A program made the position numbers and the translations under genes. This document shows, piece by piece, positions 19,628 to 30,148 of a stretch of 64,000 bases of DNA. Each line of letters starts with the position of its first letter. The stretch's first letter is position 1. The notes under the pieces were generated by a model, which made no database searches, was not told the DNA's origin, and saw nothing but the letters and a program-made list of their open reading frames with translations. The stretch comes from Mediterranea massiliensis (GTDB taxonomy: Bacteria > Bacteroidota > Bacteroidia > Bacteroidales > Bacteroidaceae). The stretch lies in NCBI GenBank assembly GCA_015060695.1, contig SUYA01000008.1:18742-82741 (forward strand), given 5' to 3'.

Positions 19628-20062
19628 ATGGATGATGTTTATTATATGAAACAGGCTTTGTTTGAGGCAGAAAAGGCTTTCGAACAAAATGAGATACCGG
19701 TAGGAGCTATTGTAGTATGTCGTAATCGTATCATAGCCCGTGCTCACAATTTAACTGAAGCATTGACGGACGTAACAGCTCATGCCGAGATGCAGGCTAT
19801 TACGGCGGCAGCTTCTGTGTTAGGCGGCAAGTACTTGACTGATTGTACTTTGTATGTAACTTTAGAGCCTTGTATCATGTGTGCAGGTGCGATGGCTTGG
19901 GCGCAAATTGGTCGCTTAGTTTTTGGTGCAGAGGATGAGAAAAAAGGCTATCAGCGCTATTCGCCTCAAGTATTGCATCCAAAGACTTTAGTTCAAAAAG
20001 GGGTAATGGCCGATGAGGCAACTATGTTGATGAAACGCTTCTTTGCCAATAAACGGAAATAA
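19628..20062 (+). CDS. tadA: tRNA adenosine deaminase / nucleoside deaminase
   Basis: EIPVGA, HAE and EPCIMC zinc motifs. Confidence 0.9.
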   Translation: MDDVYYMKQALFEAEKAFEQNEIPVGAIVVCRNRIIARAHNLTEALTDVTAHAEMQAITAAASVLGGKYLTDCTLYVTLEPCIMCAGAMAWAQIGRLVFGAEDEKKGYQRYSPQVLHPKTLVQKGVMADEATMLMKRFFANKRK

Positions 20063-20082
20063 ACTTGACTTTTTATTGATAT

Positions 20083-20337
20083 TTATTTCACTTCCTCAAA
20101 TTCCACGTACTCTCCATCATTCTTATCAAAGATTTTCTTTCGTGGGCTAACTACATCTTCTTTCGTAAAGTCTGTTTGTGAAGCCGTTGACTGAGTGTTA
20201 TTTGCTTTTTCATGTTTGTAAAAATGATGTCGGTTTCCTAAACCGAAAATTCCTCTTACTAAACTAATTAGTAAGAAAAAAGCTGCTATTAAGATAATAG
20301 TAATCAATAAAAATATAAATCCGAAAATATGAAACAT
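20083..20337 (-). CDS. DUF4834-like small membrane protein
   Basis: N-terminal TM helix and C-terminal KKIFDKNDGEYVEFEEVK. Confidence 0.75.
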   Translation of the reverse strand: MFHIFGFIFLLITIILIAAFFLLISLVRGIFGLGNRHHFYKHEKANNTQSTASQTDFTKEDVVSPRKKIFDKNDGEYVEFEEVK

Positions 20338-20405
20338 AACTATAATTATTCTAATGAAGTTTAGTGCTCGTTAGTTGTTGATGAATGTCGGATGGTGTTT
20401 TCCTA

Positions 20406-21113
20406 TTATTTGTGTCTTTGAGTAAAAAGTGAGAGGAGTATGTACCAAACAATGCATGCAGCAATACCTGTTGTTCCTAAAAACAAAATAAGTAAAATGC
20501 AAATCAAAAGGAAAATAAAGCAGACTTTGTTTTCATTCCAAGATAAGCTTTTAAGTTTTAGAGAAAACATTGGTATTTCAGATATCAATAACCATGAGAA
20601 TAGACAAACTAAAAATAGCAAGTAAAGCGGATGACATGCTTCGTGAGTTAAGATGGCATGATTACCCGCAATCAGTGATGACCAAAACAATGCATTGGCA
20701 GGTACTGGTAATCCGATGAATGAGGTGGATTGGCGAGTGTCGTTATTGAATTTGGCTAATCGTAAAGCAGAAAAGATAGAAATAAGAAATGCGGCATAGG
20801 GTAGATAAGATGCAATGCATCCTAAAGATGCTGGATAATGCATTTCTTTAAATAAAGAAAATATCATAACAGAAGGTGCAACTCCAAAACTGATGTCGTC
20901 TGCCAATGAATCTAAATCTTTTCCGATATTTGAATAAGCGTGTAACAAACGGGCCGCCATCCCGTCGAAAAAATCAAACAAAGCACCAATGAATATGAAT
21001 AGTAAGGCCAAATCATAGTACGATTGGAAGGCCATAACACATGCAATACAACCTGAAAAGAGGTTTAAGCAGGTAATGGCGTTGGGTATGTGGCGAGTTA
21101 TTGCATTGGCCAT
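20406..21113 (-). CDS. pssA: CDP-diacylglycerol--serine O-phosphatidyltransferase
   Basis: CDP-alcohol phosphotransferase motif DFFDGMAAR...GKDLDSLAD. Adjacent to psd. Confidence 0.9.
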   Translation of the reverse strand: MANAITRHIPNAITCLNLFSGCIACVMAFQSYYDLALLFIFIGALFDFFDGMAARLLHAYSNIGKDLDSLADDISFGVAPSVMIFSLFKEMHYPASLGCIASYLPYAAFLISIFSALRLAKFNNDTRQSTSFIGLPVPANALFWSSLIAGNHAILTHEACHPLYLLFLVCLFSWLLISEIPMFSLKLKSLSWNENKVCFIFLLICILLILFLGTTGIAACIVWYILLSLFTQRHK

Positions 21114-21123
21114 AATGTCCAGA

Positions 21124-21813
21124 TTATTTAAGTTTGGCAATTATCGTTTGATTACCGGTAGTGATTTGCCCCATTTTAACCAATACTTCAGTGCCTAGTG
21201 GAAGATATACATCAACGCGAGAGCCGAATTTGATAAATCCCATATGTTCGTCAATATAACACTCTTCGCCTGGATTGGCATAAGTTACAATACGGCGTGC
21301 CATCGCACCAGCTATTTGGCGTGCCATGACCTCAACACCTTCAGGAGTTTCTATTACCACCATGGAACGTTCATTGTCTGTACTAGCTTTGGGAAGCCAA
21401 GCTTTCATGAATTTACCGTTTTGATGATCAACTTTCTTTACTGTTCCATCTACAGGGTACCAATTGGCATGTACATTGACAATACTCATGAAAATAGAAA
21501 TCATTAATCGGCGGTCATGGAAATATTCAGTTTCATCAACTTCTTCAATCACTACAATTTTGCCGTCAGCTGGAGCAACTACTATTTTTTCCGTGTCTTC
21601 TTGATTGAAATAACGAATAGGGCATCGGAAGAAATTTAATAATATAGCATATAGTACAACGCTGACAACTCCAACAATATAAAATGGAAGTTTATTTTCA
21701 ATTCCCCAATAGAGCACAAGGTTAATCGCTGATAGAAGTAAAAAACTTGTTATCAGTGTTCCTGTTCCTTCGCGGTGTATTCTTATTTTTTTAAGTTTTT
21801 TTAATCGCTTCAT
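21124..21813 (-). CDS. psd: Phosphatidylserine decarboxylase proenzyme
   Basis: APADG motif and the FGSRVD autocleavage motif. Confidence 0.93.
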   Translation of the reverse strand: MKRLKKLKKIRIHREGTGTLITSFLLLSAINLVLYWGIENKLPFYIVGVVSVVLYAILLNFFRCPIRYFNQEDTEKIVVAPADGKIVVIEEVDETEYFHDRRLMISIFMSIVNVHANWYPVDGTVKKVDHQNGKFMKAWLPKASTDNERSMVVIETPEGVEVMARQIAGAMARRIVTYANPGEECYIDEHMGFIKFGSRVDVYLPLGTEVLVKMGQITTGNQTIIAKLK

Positions 21814-21979
21814 TATATAGTATCTCTATTTTAGATAGAAATTATCTGCAAAAATAATCTTATTTTGAGAATTACCCAAGAAAAACCAAGAATATTATGC
21901 TTGTTGATAACTTTTAGTTAAATATTTTGGCCGAATCTATGGTTGAATGTATCTTTATGCACTCAAAAAACAGAGAATT

Positions 21980-24900
21980 ATGCAAGATTTTGTTCATTTA
22001 CACGTACATACAGAATATTCATTGCTTGATGGGCAAGCCAGTGTGGCTCGTTTGGTGGATAAAGCCATGAAAGATGGTATGAAAGGTATTGCGATAACCG
22101 ATCATGGAAACATGTTTGCTATCAAGGAATTTACCAACTATGTTAATAAAAAAAATAGTGGTCCAAAAGGAGAGATCAAGAAATTGAAAGCTCGGATTGC
22201 TGATATTGAAAGCGGTAAAATAGAATGTGCTGATAAGCAAGCAGAATTGAATGATTGTAAGAATAAAATAATTGAATCCGAAGCAAAGATTTTTAAGCCG
22301 ATTATCGGATGTGAAATGTATGTTTCTCGGCGTGGTATGGACAAACGTGAAGGCAAGCAAGATCAGAGTGGTTGGCATTTGATTGTACTAGCAAAGAATG
22401 AAAAAGGTTATCATAATCTTATTAAATTAGTTTCAAGGGCTTGGACAAAAGGCTATTACATGCGTCCCCGAACTGAGCGTAGCGAATTGGAAAAATTCCG
22501 TGAAGGGTTGATTGTTTGTTCGGCTTGTATTGGTGGTGAAATCCCCAAAAAGATATTAAACGGTCAAATGCAAGAAGCAGAAGAAGCGGTGAAATGGTAT
22601 AAAAGTGTGTTTGGTGAAGATTATTATCTTGAGCTTCAACGGCATAAAGCAACAGTACCTCGGGCTAATCATGAAACCTACCCTCTGCAACTCAAGGCAA
22701 ATGAGGGTCTTGTTGAATTAGCACGTAAGTATGGTGTCAAGTTGATTTGTTCAAACGATGTTCATTTTGTTGATGAAGAGAATGCTGAAGCTCATGACCG
22801 TTTGATATGCCTTAGCACGGGAAAGGATTTGGATGACCCCTCTCGTATGCTTTATACTAAACAAGAGTGGATGAAAACTCGTGCGGAGATGAATGAACTC
22901 TTTGCAGATATACCAGAAGCATTGTCAAATACATTGGAAATACTTAATAAAGTAGAATTTTATTCCATAGATCATGCTCCTATTATGCCTACATATGCCA
23001 TTCCTAAAGAATTTGGTACAGAAGAAGAATATCGGCAGCGTTTTACGGAAAAAGACCTATTTGAAGAGTTTACTCGAGATGAAAATGGTAATGTGGTGTT
23101 GAGTGAAGAAAAAGCACATGAGAAAATAGAAAGATTGGGCGGATATGATAAACTTTATCGTATTAAGTTAGAAGCCGATTATCTCGCAAAATTAGCAATG
23201 GATGGAGCAAAAAAAATGTATGGTGAACCTTTATCTGAAGAGGTGGCTGAACGACTAAATTTTGAGCTCTATATTATGAAGACAATGGGTTTCCCTGGCT
23301 ACTTTTTAATTGTGCAGGATTTTATTGGGGCTGCCCGTTCGGAATTGGGTGTATGGGTAGGCCCAGGACGTGGTTCTGCTGCCGGTTCGGCTGTTGCCTA
23401 TTGCTTGGGAATTACTCGAATTGACCCAATACAATATGATTTGCTATTTGAACGTTTTTTAAATCCAGATCGTATCTCTTTGCCTGATATAGATGTGGAT
23501 TTTGATGATGATGGCCGTGGTGAAGTATTGCGTTGGGTGACAGATAAATACGGCCAAGAGAATGTGGCACATATTATTACTTATGGAACTATGGCCACCA
23601 AAATGGCAATTAAAGATGTGGCTCGTGTTCAAAAGTTGCCTTTATCTGAGTCTGATAGACTTTGTAAAGCCATACCAGATCGTCTTCCCTCAGGGCGTAA
23701 AATGAACTTAAATAATGCAATAGAAGATATTCCTGAATTGCAGCAGGCCGAAGTTTCGTCCGATCCGTTACTTCGAGATACAATGAAATATGCTCGGATG
23801 TTAGAAGGGAATGTTAGAGGGACTGGTGTGCATGCATGCGGTACCATTATTTGTCGAGATCCGATTACCGATTGGGTGCCAGTTAGTACGGCTGATGATA
23901 AAGAGACGGGCGAGAAAATGTTGGTTACTCAATATGAAGGTTCGGTGATAGAAGATACTGGTTTGATTAAAATGGACTTCCTTGGTTTGAAAACTCTCTC
24001 TATTTTGAAGGAGTCTGTTGAAAATGTTCGTCTTTCAAGAGGAATAGAAGTGGATATTGATGCCATACCGATAGATGATCCTGCAACTTATAAATTGTAT
24101 TGTGAAGGTAGAACTATCGGAACATTTCAATTTGAATCGCCAGGTATGCAAAAATATTTGCGAGAATTACAACCTAGTACCTTTGAGGACCTTATTGCAA
24201 TGAATGCACTTTATCGTCCTGGTCCAATGGACTATATTCCAGATTTTATTGATAGGAAGCATGGTCGTAAGCCTATTGAATATGACATTCCTGTGATGGA
24301 AAAATATTTGAAGGATACATATGGCATTACGGTTTACCAAGAGCAAGTGATGTTGTTATCTCGTTTATTGGCAGATTTTACTCGTGGGGAATCTGATGCA
24401 TTAAGAAAGGCAATGGGTAAAAAATTGCGTGATAAATTGGATCAGATGAAACCTAAATTTATTAGTGGCGGACAAAAGAATGGACATAATCCAGAAACGC
24501 TTGAGAAAATTTGGGCAGATTGGGAAAAATTCGCTTCTTACGCTTTTAATAAATCGCACGCCACTTGTTATTCTTGGGTTGCTTATCAAACTGCTTATAT
24601 GAAAGCTAATTATCCTGCTGAATATATGGCGGCTGTGATGAGCCGGAGTGTATCGAATATTAGCGATATTACTAAGTTGATGGATGAATGTAAGTCGATG
24701 GGAATCAAAGTACTTGGTCCTGATGTAAATGAAAGTTACTTTAAATTTACGGTTAATAAAAATGGTGATATTCGTTTTGGGTTAGGTGCCGTAAAAGGAG
24801 TGGGTGAGGGTGCCGTACAATCTATTATAGAAAATAGAGAGAAGGGTGGTTTATTTACCGGTATATTTGATTTTGTTCAACGAGTAAATTTGAATGCTTG

Positions 24901-25780
24901 TAACCGTAAGAATGTGGAATGTTTAGCACTATCTGGTGCACTTGATGGATTCCCGGAGGCAAAACGTGAGCAATATTTTGCTATGACTGTTAAGAATGAA
25001 ATGTTTATAGATGTCTTGATGAGGTATGGTAACCGTTATCAAATAGATAAGGCTGCAGCAATCAATACCTTATTTGGAGGTGAAAACGTAGTAGAAATTG
25101 CAACTCCAGAAGTTCCTCAAGCTACTCATTGGAGTGATTTAGAACGGCTTAGTAGGGAACAACAATTGGTAGGAATTTATCTTTCAGCCCATCCGTTAGA
25201 TGAGTATGCCGTGGTGTTGGAATATGTATGTAATACATGCATGGTTGAATTAGAGAAAAAAGAGTCATTAGTGAATAAAGACATTGTTATGGGAGGAATT
25301 GTAACCGAATTGCGTACTGGGACGAGCAAAAATGGTAATCCTTATGGTATAGTAAAGATTGAAGATTATTCAGGAGCAGCCGAAATTCCCTTCTTTGGGA
25401 ATGATTGGGTAACATATAGAGGGTATCTAGATAAACAAACTTTTCTATTTATAAAGGCAAAATGCCAGCCTAAAAAATGGAATAAAGAAGAATATGAATT
25501 GAAAATAACTTCAATTGAGTTGTTGTCTGATGTTAAGGATAAGCTTATAGAAAAATTAACAATCATAGTACCATTGGCAATTCTAAATAAAACATTGATA
25601 ATGGAACTTTCTTCGTTGGTGAAAGAGCATCCTGGCAATGCACAAATATATTTTAAATTAATAGATACGGATAATCGAATACAGGTGGATTTGGTATCAA
25701 GACCTCTACGCCTTTCAGTCAGTCGTGAAGTAATCTTATATTTAAAAGAACATCCCGAACTTGATTTTCGAATAAATTGA
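21980..25780 (+). CDS. dnaE: DNA polymerase III alpha subunit
   Basis: PHP domain HLHVHTEYSLLDG, GRGSAAGS, PDIDVDF and YAFNKSH. Confidence 0.98.
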   Translation: MQDFVHLHVHTEYSLLDGQASVARLVDKAMKDGMKGIAITDHGNMFAIKEFTNYVNKKNSGPKGEIKKLKARIADIESGKIECADKQAELNDCKNKIIESEAKIFKPIIGCEMYVSRRGMDKREGKQDQSGWHLIVLAKNEKGYHNLIKLVSRAWTKGYYMRPRTERSELEKFREGLIVCSACIGGEIPKKILNGQMQEAEEAVKWYKSVFGEDYYLELQRHKATVPRANHETYPLQLKANEGLVELARKYGVKLICSNDVHFVDEENAEAHDRLICLSTGKDLDDPSRMLYTKQEWMKTRAEMNELFADIPEALSNTLEILNKVEFYSIDHAPIMPTYAIPKEFGTEEEYRQRFTEKDLFEEFTRDENGNVVLSEEKAHEKIERLGGYDKLYRIKLEADYLAKLAMDGAKKMYGEPLSEEVAERLNFELYIMKTMGFPGYFLIVQDFIGAARSELGVWVGPGRGSAAGSAVAYCLGITRIDPIQYDLLFERFLNPDRISLPDIDVDFDDDGRGEVLRWVTDKYGQENVAHIITYGTMATKMAIKDVARVQKLPLSESDRLCKAIPDRLPSGRKMNLNNAIEDIPELQQAEVSSDPLLRDTMKYARMLEGNVRGTGVHACGTIICRDPITDWVPVSTADDKETGEKMLVTQYEGSVIEDTGLIKMDFLGLKTLSILKESVENVRLSRGIEVDIDAIPIDDPATYKLYCEGRTIGTFQFESPGMQKYLRELQPSTFEDLIAMNALYRPGPMDYIPDFIDRKHGRKPIEYDIPVMEKYLKDTYGITVYQEQVMLLSRLLADFTRGESDALRKAMGKKLRDKLDQMKPKFISGGQKNGHNPETLEKIWADWEKFASYAFNKSHATCYSWVAYQTAYMKANYPAEYMAAVMSRSVSNISDITKLMDECKSMGIKVLGPDVNESYFKFTVNKNGDIRFGLGAVKGVGEGAVQSIIENREKGGLFTGIFDFVQRVNLNACNRKNVECLALSGALDGFPEAKREQYFAMTVKNEMFIDVLMRYGNRYQIDKAAAINTLFGGENVVEIATPEVPQATHWSDLERLSREQQLVGIYLSAHPLDEYAVVLEYVCNTCMVELEKKESLVNKDIVMGGIVTELRTGTSKNGNPYGIVKIEDYSGAAEIPFFGNDWVTYRGYLDKQTFLFIKAKCQPKKWNKEEYELKITSIELLSDVKDKLIEKLTIIVPLAILNKTLIMELSSLVKEHPGNAQIYFKLIDTDNRIQVDLVSRPLRLSVSREVILYLKEHPELDFRIN

Positions 25781-25781
25781 T

Positions 25782-25789
25782 TATCTTTG
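25782..25789 (+). promoter_or_regulatory. -7 element for trxA
   Basis: TATCTTTG. Confidence 0.55.
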
Positions 25790-25840
25790 CCGACATATAG
25801 TTAATATAGCTCAAATCATAAACTTAAATATCGAAGAATT

Positions 25841-26155
25841 ATGGCATTAGAGATTACAGACAACAATTACAAAGAACTTTTGGCAGATGGTAAGCCTGTG
25901 GTTATTGATTTTTGGGCACCTTGGTGTGGCCCTTGTAAAATGGTTGGTCCTATCATAGAAGAATTGGCTACCGAGTACAATGGTAAGGCTATTATTGGTA
26001 AATGTGATGTGGATGAAAATGTTGATGTGGCATCAGAATTTGGTATACGAAATATTCCCACTGTACTTTTTTTTAAAAATGGTCAATTGGTAGATAAACA
26101 AGTAGGTTCAGCTCCGAAAACTACTTATGCGAACAAATTGGATGCATTGCTTTAA
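25841..26155 (+). CDS. trxA: Thioredoxin
   Basis: WCGPC active site. Confidence 0.97.
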   Translation: MALEITDNNYKELLADGKPVVIDFWAPWCGPCKMVGPIIEELATEYNGKAIIGKCDVDENVDVASEFGIRNIPTVLFFKNGQLVDKQVGSAPKTTYANKLDALL

Positions 26156-26174
26156 AAGTGTTTACCTAAAATAA

Positions 26175-26513
26175 ATGAATATGGGATTGGAAGAAGATTT
26201 TTTGCAAGACGATTTGGATGCAGAAAAAACTATTGAGTATATAAAAAACTACCTGCCCCAAGATTTGAAAGATAAATTTTCGGATGATCAGCTTTACTAT
26301 TTTCTTGATTTGATTGACGAATATTACGTAGAAAGTGGTGTGCTAGATTCACAGCCTGATGGCGATGGCTGTATTGAAATTGATTTGGATAAAGTAGTAG
26401 ATTATATTGTTTCCGAAGCACATAAGAACGAAATGGGAGAGTTTTCCCCCGAAGAGATTTTATTTATAGTTCAGGGTGAATTAGAATATGCTGAGTCATT
26501 AGGAGCAGAATAA
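26175..26513 (+). CDS. Conserved acidic hypothetical protein
   Basis: 112 aa ORF directly after trxA, followed by a terminator. Confidence 0.75.
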   Translation: MNMGLEEDFLQDDLDAEKTIEYIKNYLPQDLKDKFSDDQLYYFLDLIDEYYVESGVLDSQPDGDGCIEIDLDKVVDYIVSEAHKNEMGEFSPEEILFIVQGELEYAESLGAE

Positions 26514-26530
26514 TAGTTGTTCGTATATAC

Positions 26531-26581
26531 AAAAAGATGCGATAAATTTATTGATTAACAAGTGTTTATCGCATCTTTTTT
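26531..26581. terminator. Bidirectional terminator between convergent genes
   Basis: AAAAAGATGCGATAAA ... TTTATCGCATCTTTTT. Confidence 0.8.
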
Positions 26582-26592
26582 GTGTATAGTAA

Positions 26593-26814
26593 TTATGCAG
26601 ATTGACGATATTTGAAGAAGAAGGATAGAGATAATGTGATTAGTACAATACCCAATATGCCATATAGAAGGCGAGCGTATGGACGTTTAAGGCGTTGTAC
26701 AATGAATTGAGCATTTTGGGCTGTAAAAAACCAGTCCCAATTGAATAATGCTGCCAGAAGTGCAAGGATACCTGCCATGGCAAATAGTGAATGAACAAGA
26801 TTGTGAACTCCCAT
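26593..26814 (-). CDS. Imm17-like small membrane protein
   Basis: Two TM helices with NWDWFF and ARLLYGILG, recalled as the immunity-17 family. Confidence 0.7.
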   Translation of the reverse strand: MGVHNLVHSLFAMAGILALLAALFNWDWFFTAQNAQFIVQRLKRPYARLLYGILGIVLITLSLSFFFKYRQSA

Positions 26815-26818
26815 TGCT

Positions 26819-27244
26819 TTATTCTAATGAGTTGAGAGTTATTTTGCGCTTACCATTCTCAATCTCTTCAATACATACTTTTACGGTATTTCCAGGGAGT
26901 AATTCATCGATTAGTTCGGGCCATTCTATGAAGCAGATGGCACCACTATAGAAATAGTCTTCATATCCCATATCAAAGACCTCTTCAATCTTCTTTATTC
27001 GATAGAAATCGAAATGATAAATTAATTCACCGGCTATGTCTGATCGGTATTCGTTTACAATGGCAAAGGTAGGCGATGTAATTGTATCTTCTACACCTAA
27101 CTCCTCACAAATGGCTTTTACAAAAGTTGTTTTACCTACTCCCATCTTACCGTAAAAGGCAAAAACGGTATTATCACCCATTCTGGTAATAAATTGGTGA
27201 GCAGCTTCTTGTATTTTTTCTAGCGATTCAATTTTAATTTCCAT
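26819..27244 (-). CDS. tsaE: tRNA threonylcarbamoyladenosine biosynthesis ATPase TsaE
   Basis: Motifs [19 protein letters not shown] and IEWP. Confidence 0.96.
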   Translation of the reverse strand: MEIKIESLEKIQEAAHQFITRMGDNTVFAFYGKMGVGKTTFVKAICEELGVEDTITSPTFAIVNEYRSDIAGELIYHFDFYRIKKIEEVFDMGYEDYFYSGAICFIEWPELIDELLPGNTVKVCIEEIENGKRKITLNSLE

Positions 27245-27257
27245 ACTATTATGTTTG

Positions 27258-28058
27258 TTATATTCTTGTTCGATGTGTTATTTTACAGATACCGTATATC
27301 AAGATGGATACAAATATGATAGAGGCTCCTGAAGGAACATTTAGATAAAACGAGGTTAATAAACCACCTATGCAGCTCAATATGCCGAAAATAATGGATA
27401 GCATTATGATGTATCCGAAACGGTGACTGAAAAGATTTGCTGTCATTTGAGGAATGGTGAGTAATGAAATGGCCAATACAATACCTACTATACGTAGACA
27501 AGATACGATGGTTAATGCTATGAGTATCATTAATAGATACTCAAAAATATGCACTGGTAACTTTTGTGAAAGAGCATATTCACGGTCGAAGGCTATATAG
27601 ACAATGAGGTAATGGTAATGAGTAAAAAAAAGTATGAGTATACATGCTATACAACTGAGCATAATAAGATCGCTCGTGCCGATAGTCAAAATATTACCGA
27701 ATAGATAGGCTGAAAGATCGGGAGCATATCCGGGCGACAGAAATGTAAAGATGATTCCGACAGCCATACCTAATGTCCAAAAAACGGCAATAGCAGAATC
27801 TTCACGTACGTCATTTCGTTTACTTAGCCATTCTACACCGCAGGCAGAAGCTATAGTAAAAAGAGCCGCAGAAAGGATAGGGGAGAAGCCGAAATATAAA
27901 CCTATACCGATGCCTCCGAATGAGGCATGAGTCAATCCGCCACTGATGAACACTAGGCGGCGCGATACAATATAGGTTCCAATTATGCCACAGGCAATAC
28001 TGGCCATCAAACTACCAATCAAAGCGTGTTGGAAAAATGTATATTGAAGCAGTTCCAC
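27258..28058 (-). CDS. Metal (Zn/Mn) ABC transporter permease, ZnuB family
   Basis: Motifs [15 protein letters not shown] and AFDREYA. The GTG start overlaps the upstream stop. Confidence 0.9.
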   Translation of the reverse strand: MELLQYTFFQHALIGSLMASIACGIIGTYIVSRRLVFISGGLTHASFGGIGIGLYFGFSPILSAALFTIASACGVEWLSKRNDVREDSAIAVFWTLGMAVGIIFTFLSPGYAPDLSAYLFGNILTIGTSDLIMLSCIACILILFFTHYHYLIVYIAFDREYALSQKLPVHIFEYLLMILIALTIVSCLRIVGIVLAISLLTIPQMTANLFSHRFGYIIMLSIIFGILSCIGGLLTSFYLNVPSGASIIFVSILIYGICKITHRTRI

Positions 28059-28477
28059 TAATGAATCCTCCTTTCACCTACAATCAAGAACACTTCATCT
28101 TTGATATTGTTTGGTAAGGAGATGCCACGAAGTTGTAGGCTGCGAACCCATCCAGCTACTTCGTCCGATTGCATTGTATAGAAAACATCGCGAAATTCAT
28201 CTTCTTCTTCCGGTGTATAACATTCGGGTGCAATTCCAATAAAACGATCTAATTCCTCATCATCATAATATTCTATTTTACGACTGACGGCAGCCAATAG
28301 ACTATCACGTTCGCATATTTCGTGTTGCCCACAACATTCCTCGTCAACCTCGACTACTTCGGGTATGCTATCCAATTCGCCGTTTTCTACTTTTTTGTGT
28401 AAATAGCGGTAGCGGATACTTCCTGCTATTGCGGCTACGATGGCTAATATGATTAAACTAAGAATCAGTATCCACAT
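28058..28477 (-). CDS. Membrane-anchored hypothetical protein with a Cys/His cluster
   Basis: Probable start MWILILSL (28477), TM helix, ECCGQHEICE and IEYYDDEELD. A TAACTTTG -7 box lies at 28501-28508. Confidence 0.75.
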   Translation of the reverse strand: MWILILSLIILAIVAAIAGSIRYRYLHKKVENGELDSIPEVVEVDEECCGQHEICERDSLLAAVSRKIEYYDDEELDRFIGIAPECYTPEEEDEFRDVFYTMQSDEVAGWVRSLQLRGISLPNNIKDEVFLIVGERRIH

Positions 28478-28577
28478 TCTTTTTATTCTTTGTTGTGCGG
28501 CAAAGTTACATATTGTTTTGCAACTTGCCAAATTATAAAAATGGTGTATATGTTTGGGCATGGAAAACCCCGTTGAG

Positions 28578-29843
28578 CTATTTGTTAAGAGTTGTTCCTA
28601 TTTTGTTGATTTGGAATCCGACTTTTTGAAGATCTTCCCAATAACAGGGGTATGATTTACTAACGACTTCCGGGTGATCGATAATTATTTGGGGGCGTAT
28701 TATGGCGATGGGAGCAAAGGCCATGGCCATACGATGATCATCATAGGTACTAATGGTGGGGGATATTTCTGCTTGACAACGTTCGCCTTCCCAAATTAAA
28801 ATACTATCTTGCTTGTTTTTAACTACATATCCTAATTTATGTAGTTCGGTAATGAGTGCAGTGATACGGTCGGTTTCTTTTATTTTGAGACTTTGTAAGC
28901 CACTAATACAGAAAGGTATTCCTTTTAAGCAGCAGGTGACGACAAATGTTTGTGCTAAATCGGGGATATCAATCATGTTTTCATCCAATCGCTTAATGGT
29001 GGATGGTGTTTTTGTTAAGCGGACACCTTGTCGGGTGTATTCGGTGTGCACTCCCAGTTTAGTGAATATTTCAGCACCTCTGCAATCGCCTTGATAGCTG
29101 TTGGGATACAATCCCTTTAATTCTATGCTCACTGATTGTTTTTCATTCTCTAGGTTCGGTAGTAATGCTATCATTTGATACCAATAGGAAGCCGCACTCC
29201 AATCGCTTTCTACCGTATAGTTAATATCTTGATAACCACCTGCATGTATTTGTATTGAGTGTGGGGAAATCCATTCAAAGTGTGCGCCAAAATCACTCAT
29301 CATTTTTAATGTTAAATTGATGTAAGGACGCGAAATAATATCACCGATCAATGTTAGTCGAAGCCCTTCGGGAAGAGTAGCGCCTATCATTAATAAAGCA
29401 GATATATATTGTGAACTGACATTTCCAGGTAAATCTATATGGTTGCTTTTCAGATTACTACCGGTAATTTGTAGGGGTGGGAATCCTTCGTTACCTACAT
29501 ATTCAATGGCTGCTCCTAATGAACGTAATGCTTCTATTAGAATTCGGATGGGGCGTTGTTGCATTCGTTGGGTGCCAGTGAGGATGCGAGTTCCTGGAAT
29601 TGTACTAAAGTATGCAGTTAAAAAACGCATGGCCGTACCTGCTGCCATGATGTCTATATTTGTTGAATTTCCGCTAAGGGCACGAATCATAACCTGAGTA
29701 TCGTCACAATTGCTTAAGTTTTTGGGCGTCTGTTTTCCATGAGCCAAAGCGTGGAGTATCAAAGCACGGTTGCTGATACTTTTAGAGGCTGGCAATTGAA
29801 TGCTTCCATTTAATATGCGAGGTACTGAAAGTTGGAATTGCAT
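28578..29843 (-). CDS. aroA: 3-phosphoshikimate 1-carboxyvinyltransferase
   Basis: Motifs SKSISNR, AGTAMRF, SSQYISA, KETDR and DHRMAM. Confidence 0.96.
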   Translation of the reverse strand: MQFQLSVPRILNGSIQLPASKSISNRALILHALAHGKQTPKNLSNCDDTQVMIRALSGNSTNIDIMAAGTAMRFLTAYFSTIPGTRILTGTQRMQQRPIRILIEALRSLGAAIEYVGNEGFPPLQITGSNLKSNHIDLPGNVSSQYISALLMIGATLPEGLRLTLIGDIISRPYINLTLKMMSDFGAHFEWISPHSIQIHAGGYQDINYTVESDWSAASYWYQMIALLPNLENEKQSVSIELKGLYPNSYQGDCRGAEIFTKLGVHTEYTRQGVRLTKTPSTIKRLDENMIDIPDLAQTFVVTCCLKGIPFCISGLQSLKIKETDRITALITELHKLGYVVKNKQDSILIWEGERCQAEISPTISTYDDHRMAMAFAPIAIIRPQIIIDHPEVVSKSYPCYWEDLQKVGFQINKIGTTLNK

Positions 29844-29924
29844 ATTTTTTTGAAATTGTTTAGCCGTTAATATTAATTAATGTGCAAAGATATAACAATA
29901 TCTTTATCCGGAATCTTTTTGGAT

Positions 29925-29960
29925 AAAAAAAGTGGATATATCATTTTGATACATCCACTC
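29925..29960 (-). terminator. Terminator after tRNA-Pro
   Basis: Minus strand GAGTGGATGTATCA-aaa-TGATATATCCACT-TTTTT. Confidence 0.65.
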
Positions 29961-29972
29961 ATTATTTACCAG

Positions 29973-30047
29973 TCGGGGTGACTGGATTCGAACCAGCGAC
30001 CACACGCCCCCCAGACGCGTACTCTAACCGGGCTGAGCTACACCCCG
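29973..30047 (-). tRNA. tRNA-Pro(GGG)
   Basis: CGGGGTGTAGCTCAG...CT-GGG-GG...GTTCGAATCCAGTCACCCCGA cloverleaf. A TACATTTG -7 box lies at 30059-30066. Confidence 0.95.
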
Positions 30048-30148
30048 AATTGCGGCTGCAAATGTACGGCTTTATTTTGAATTAGCAAATGTTTTTGCAT
30101 AAAAAATGAGTAGAAGATTACTTTTATTTATTTTCTTTTGGGGTGATA

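Noticed and set aside
22140-22290. Insertion in the DnaE PHP domain as a possible intein
   Set aside because: It is a short coiled-coil-like insert without intein splice motifs, and I recall it as usual in Bacteroides DnaE.
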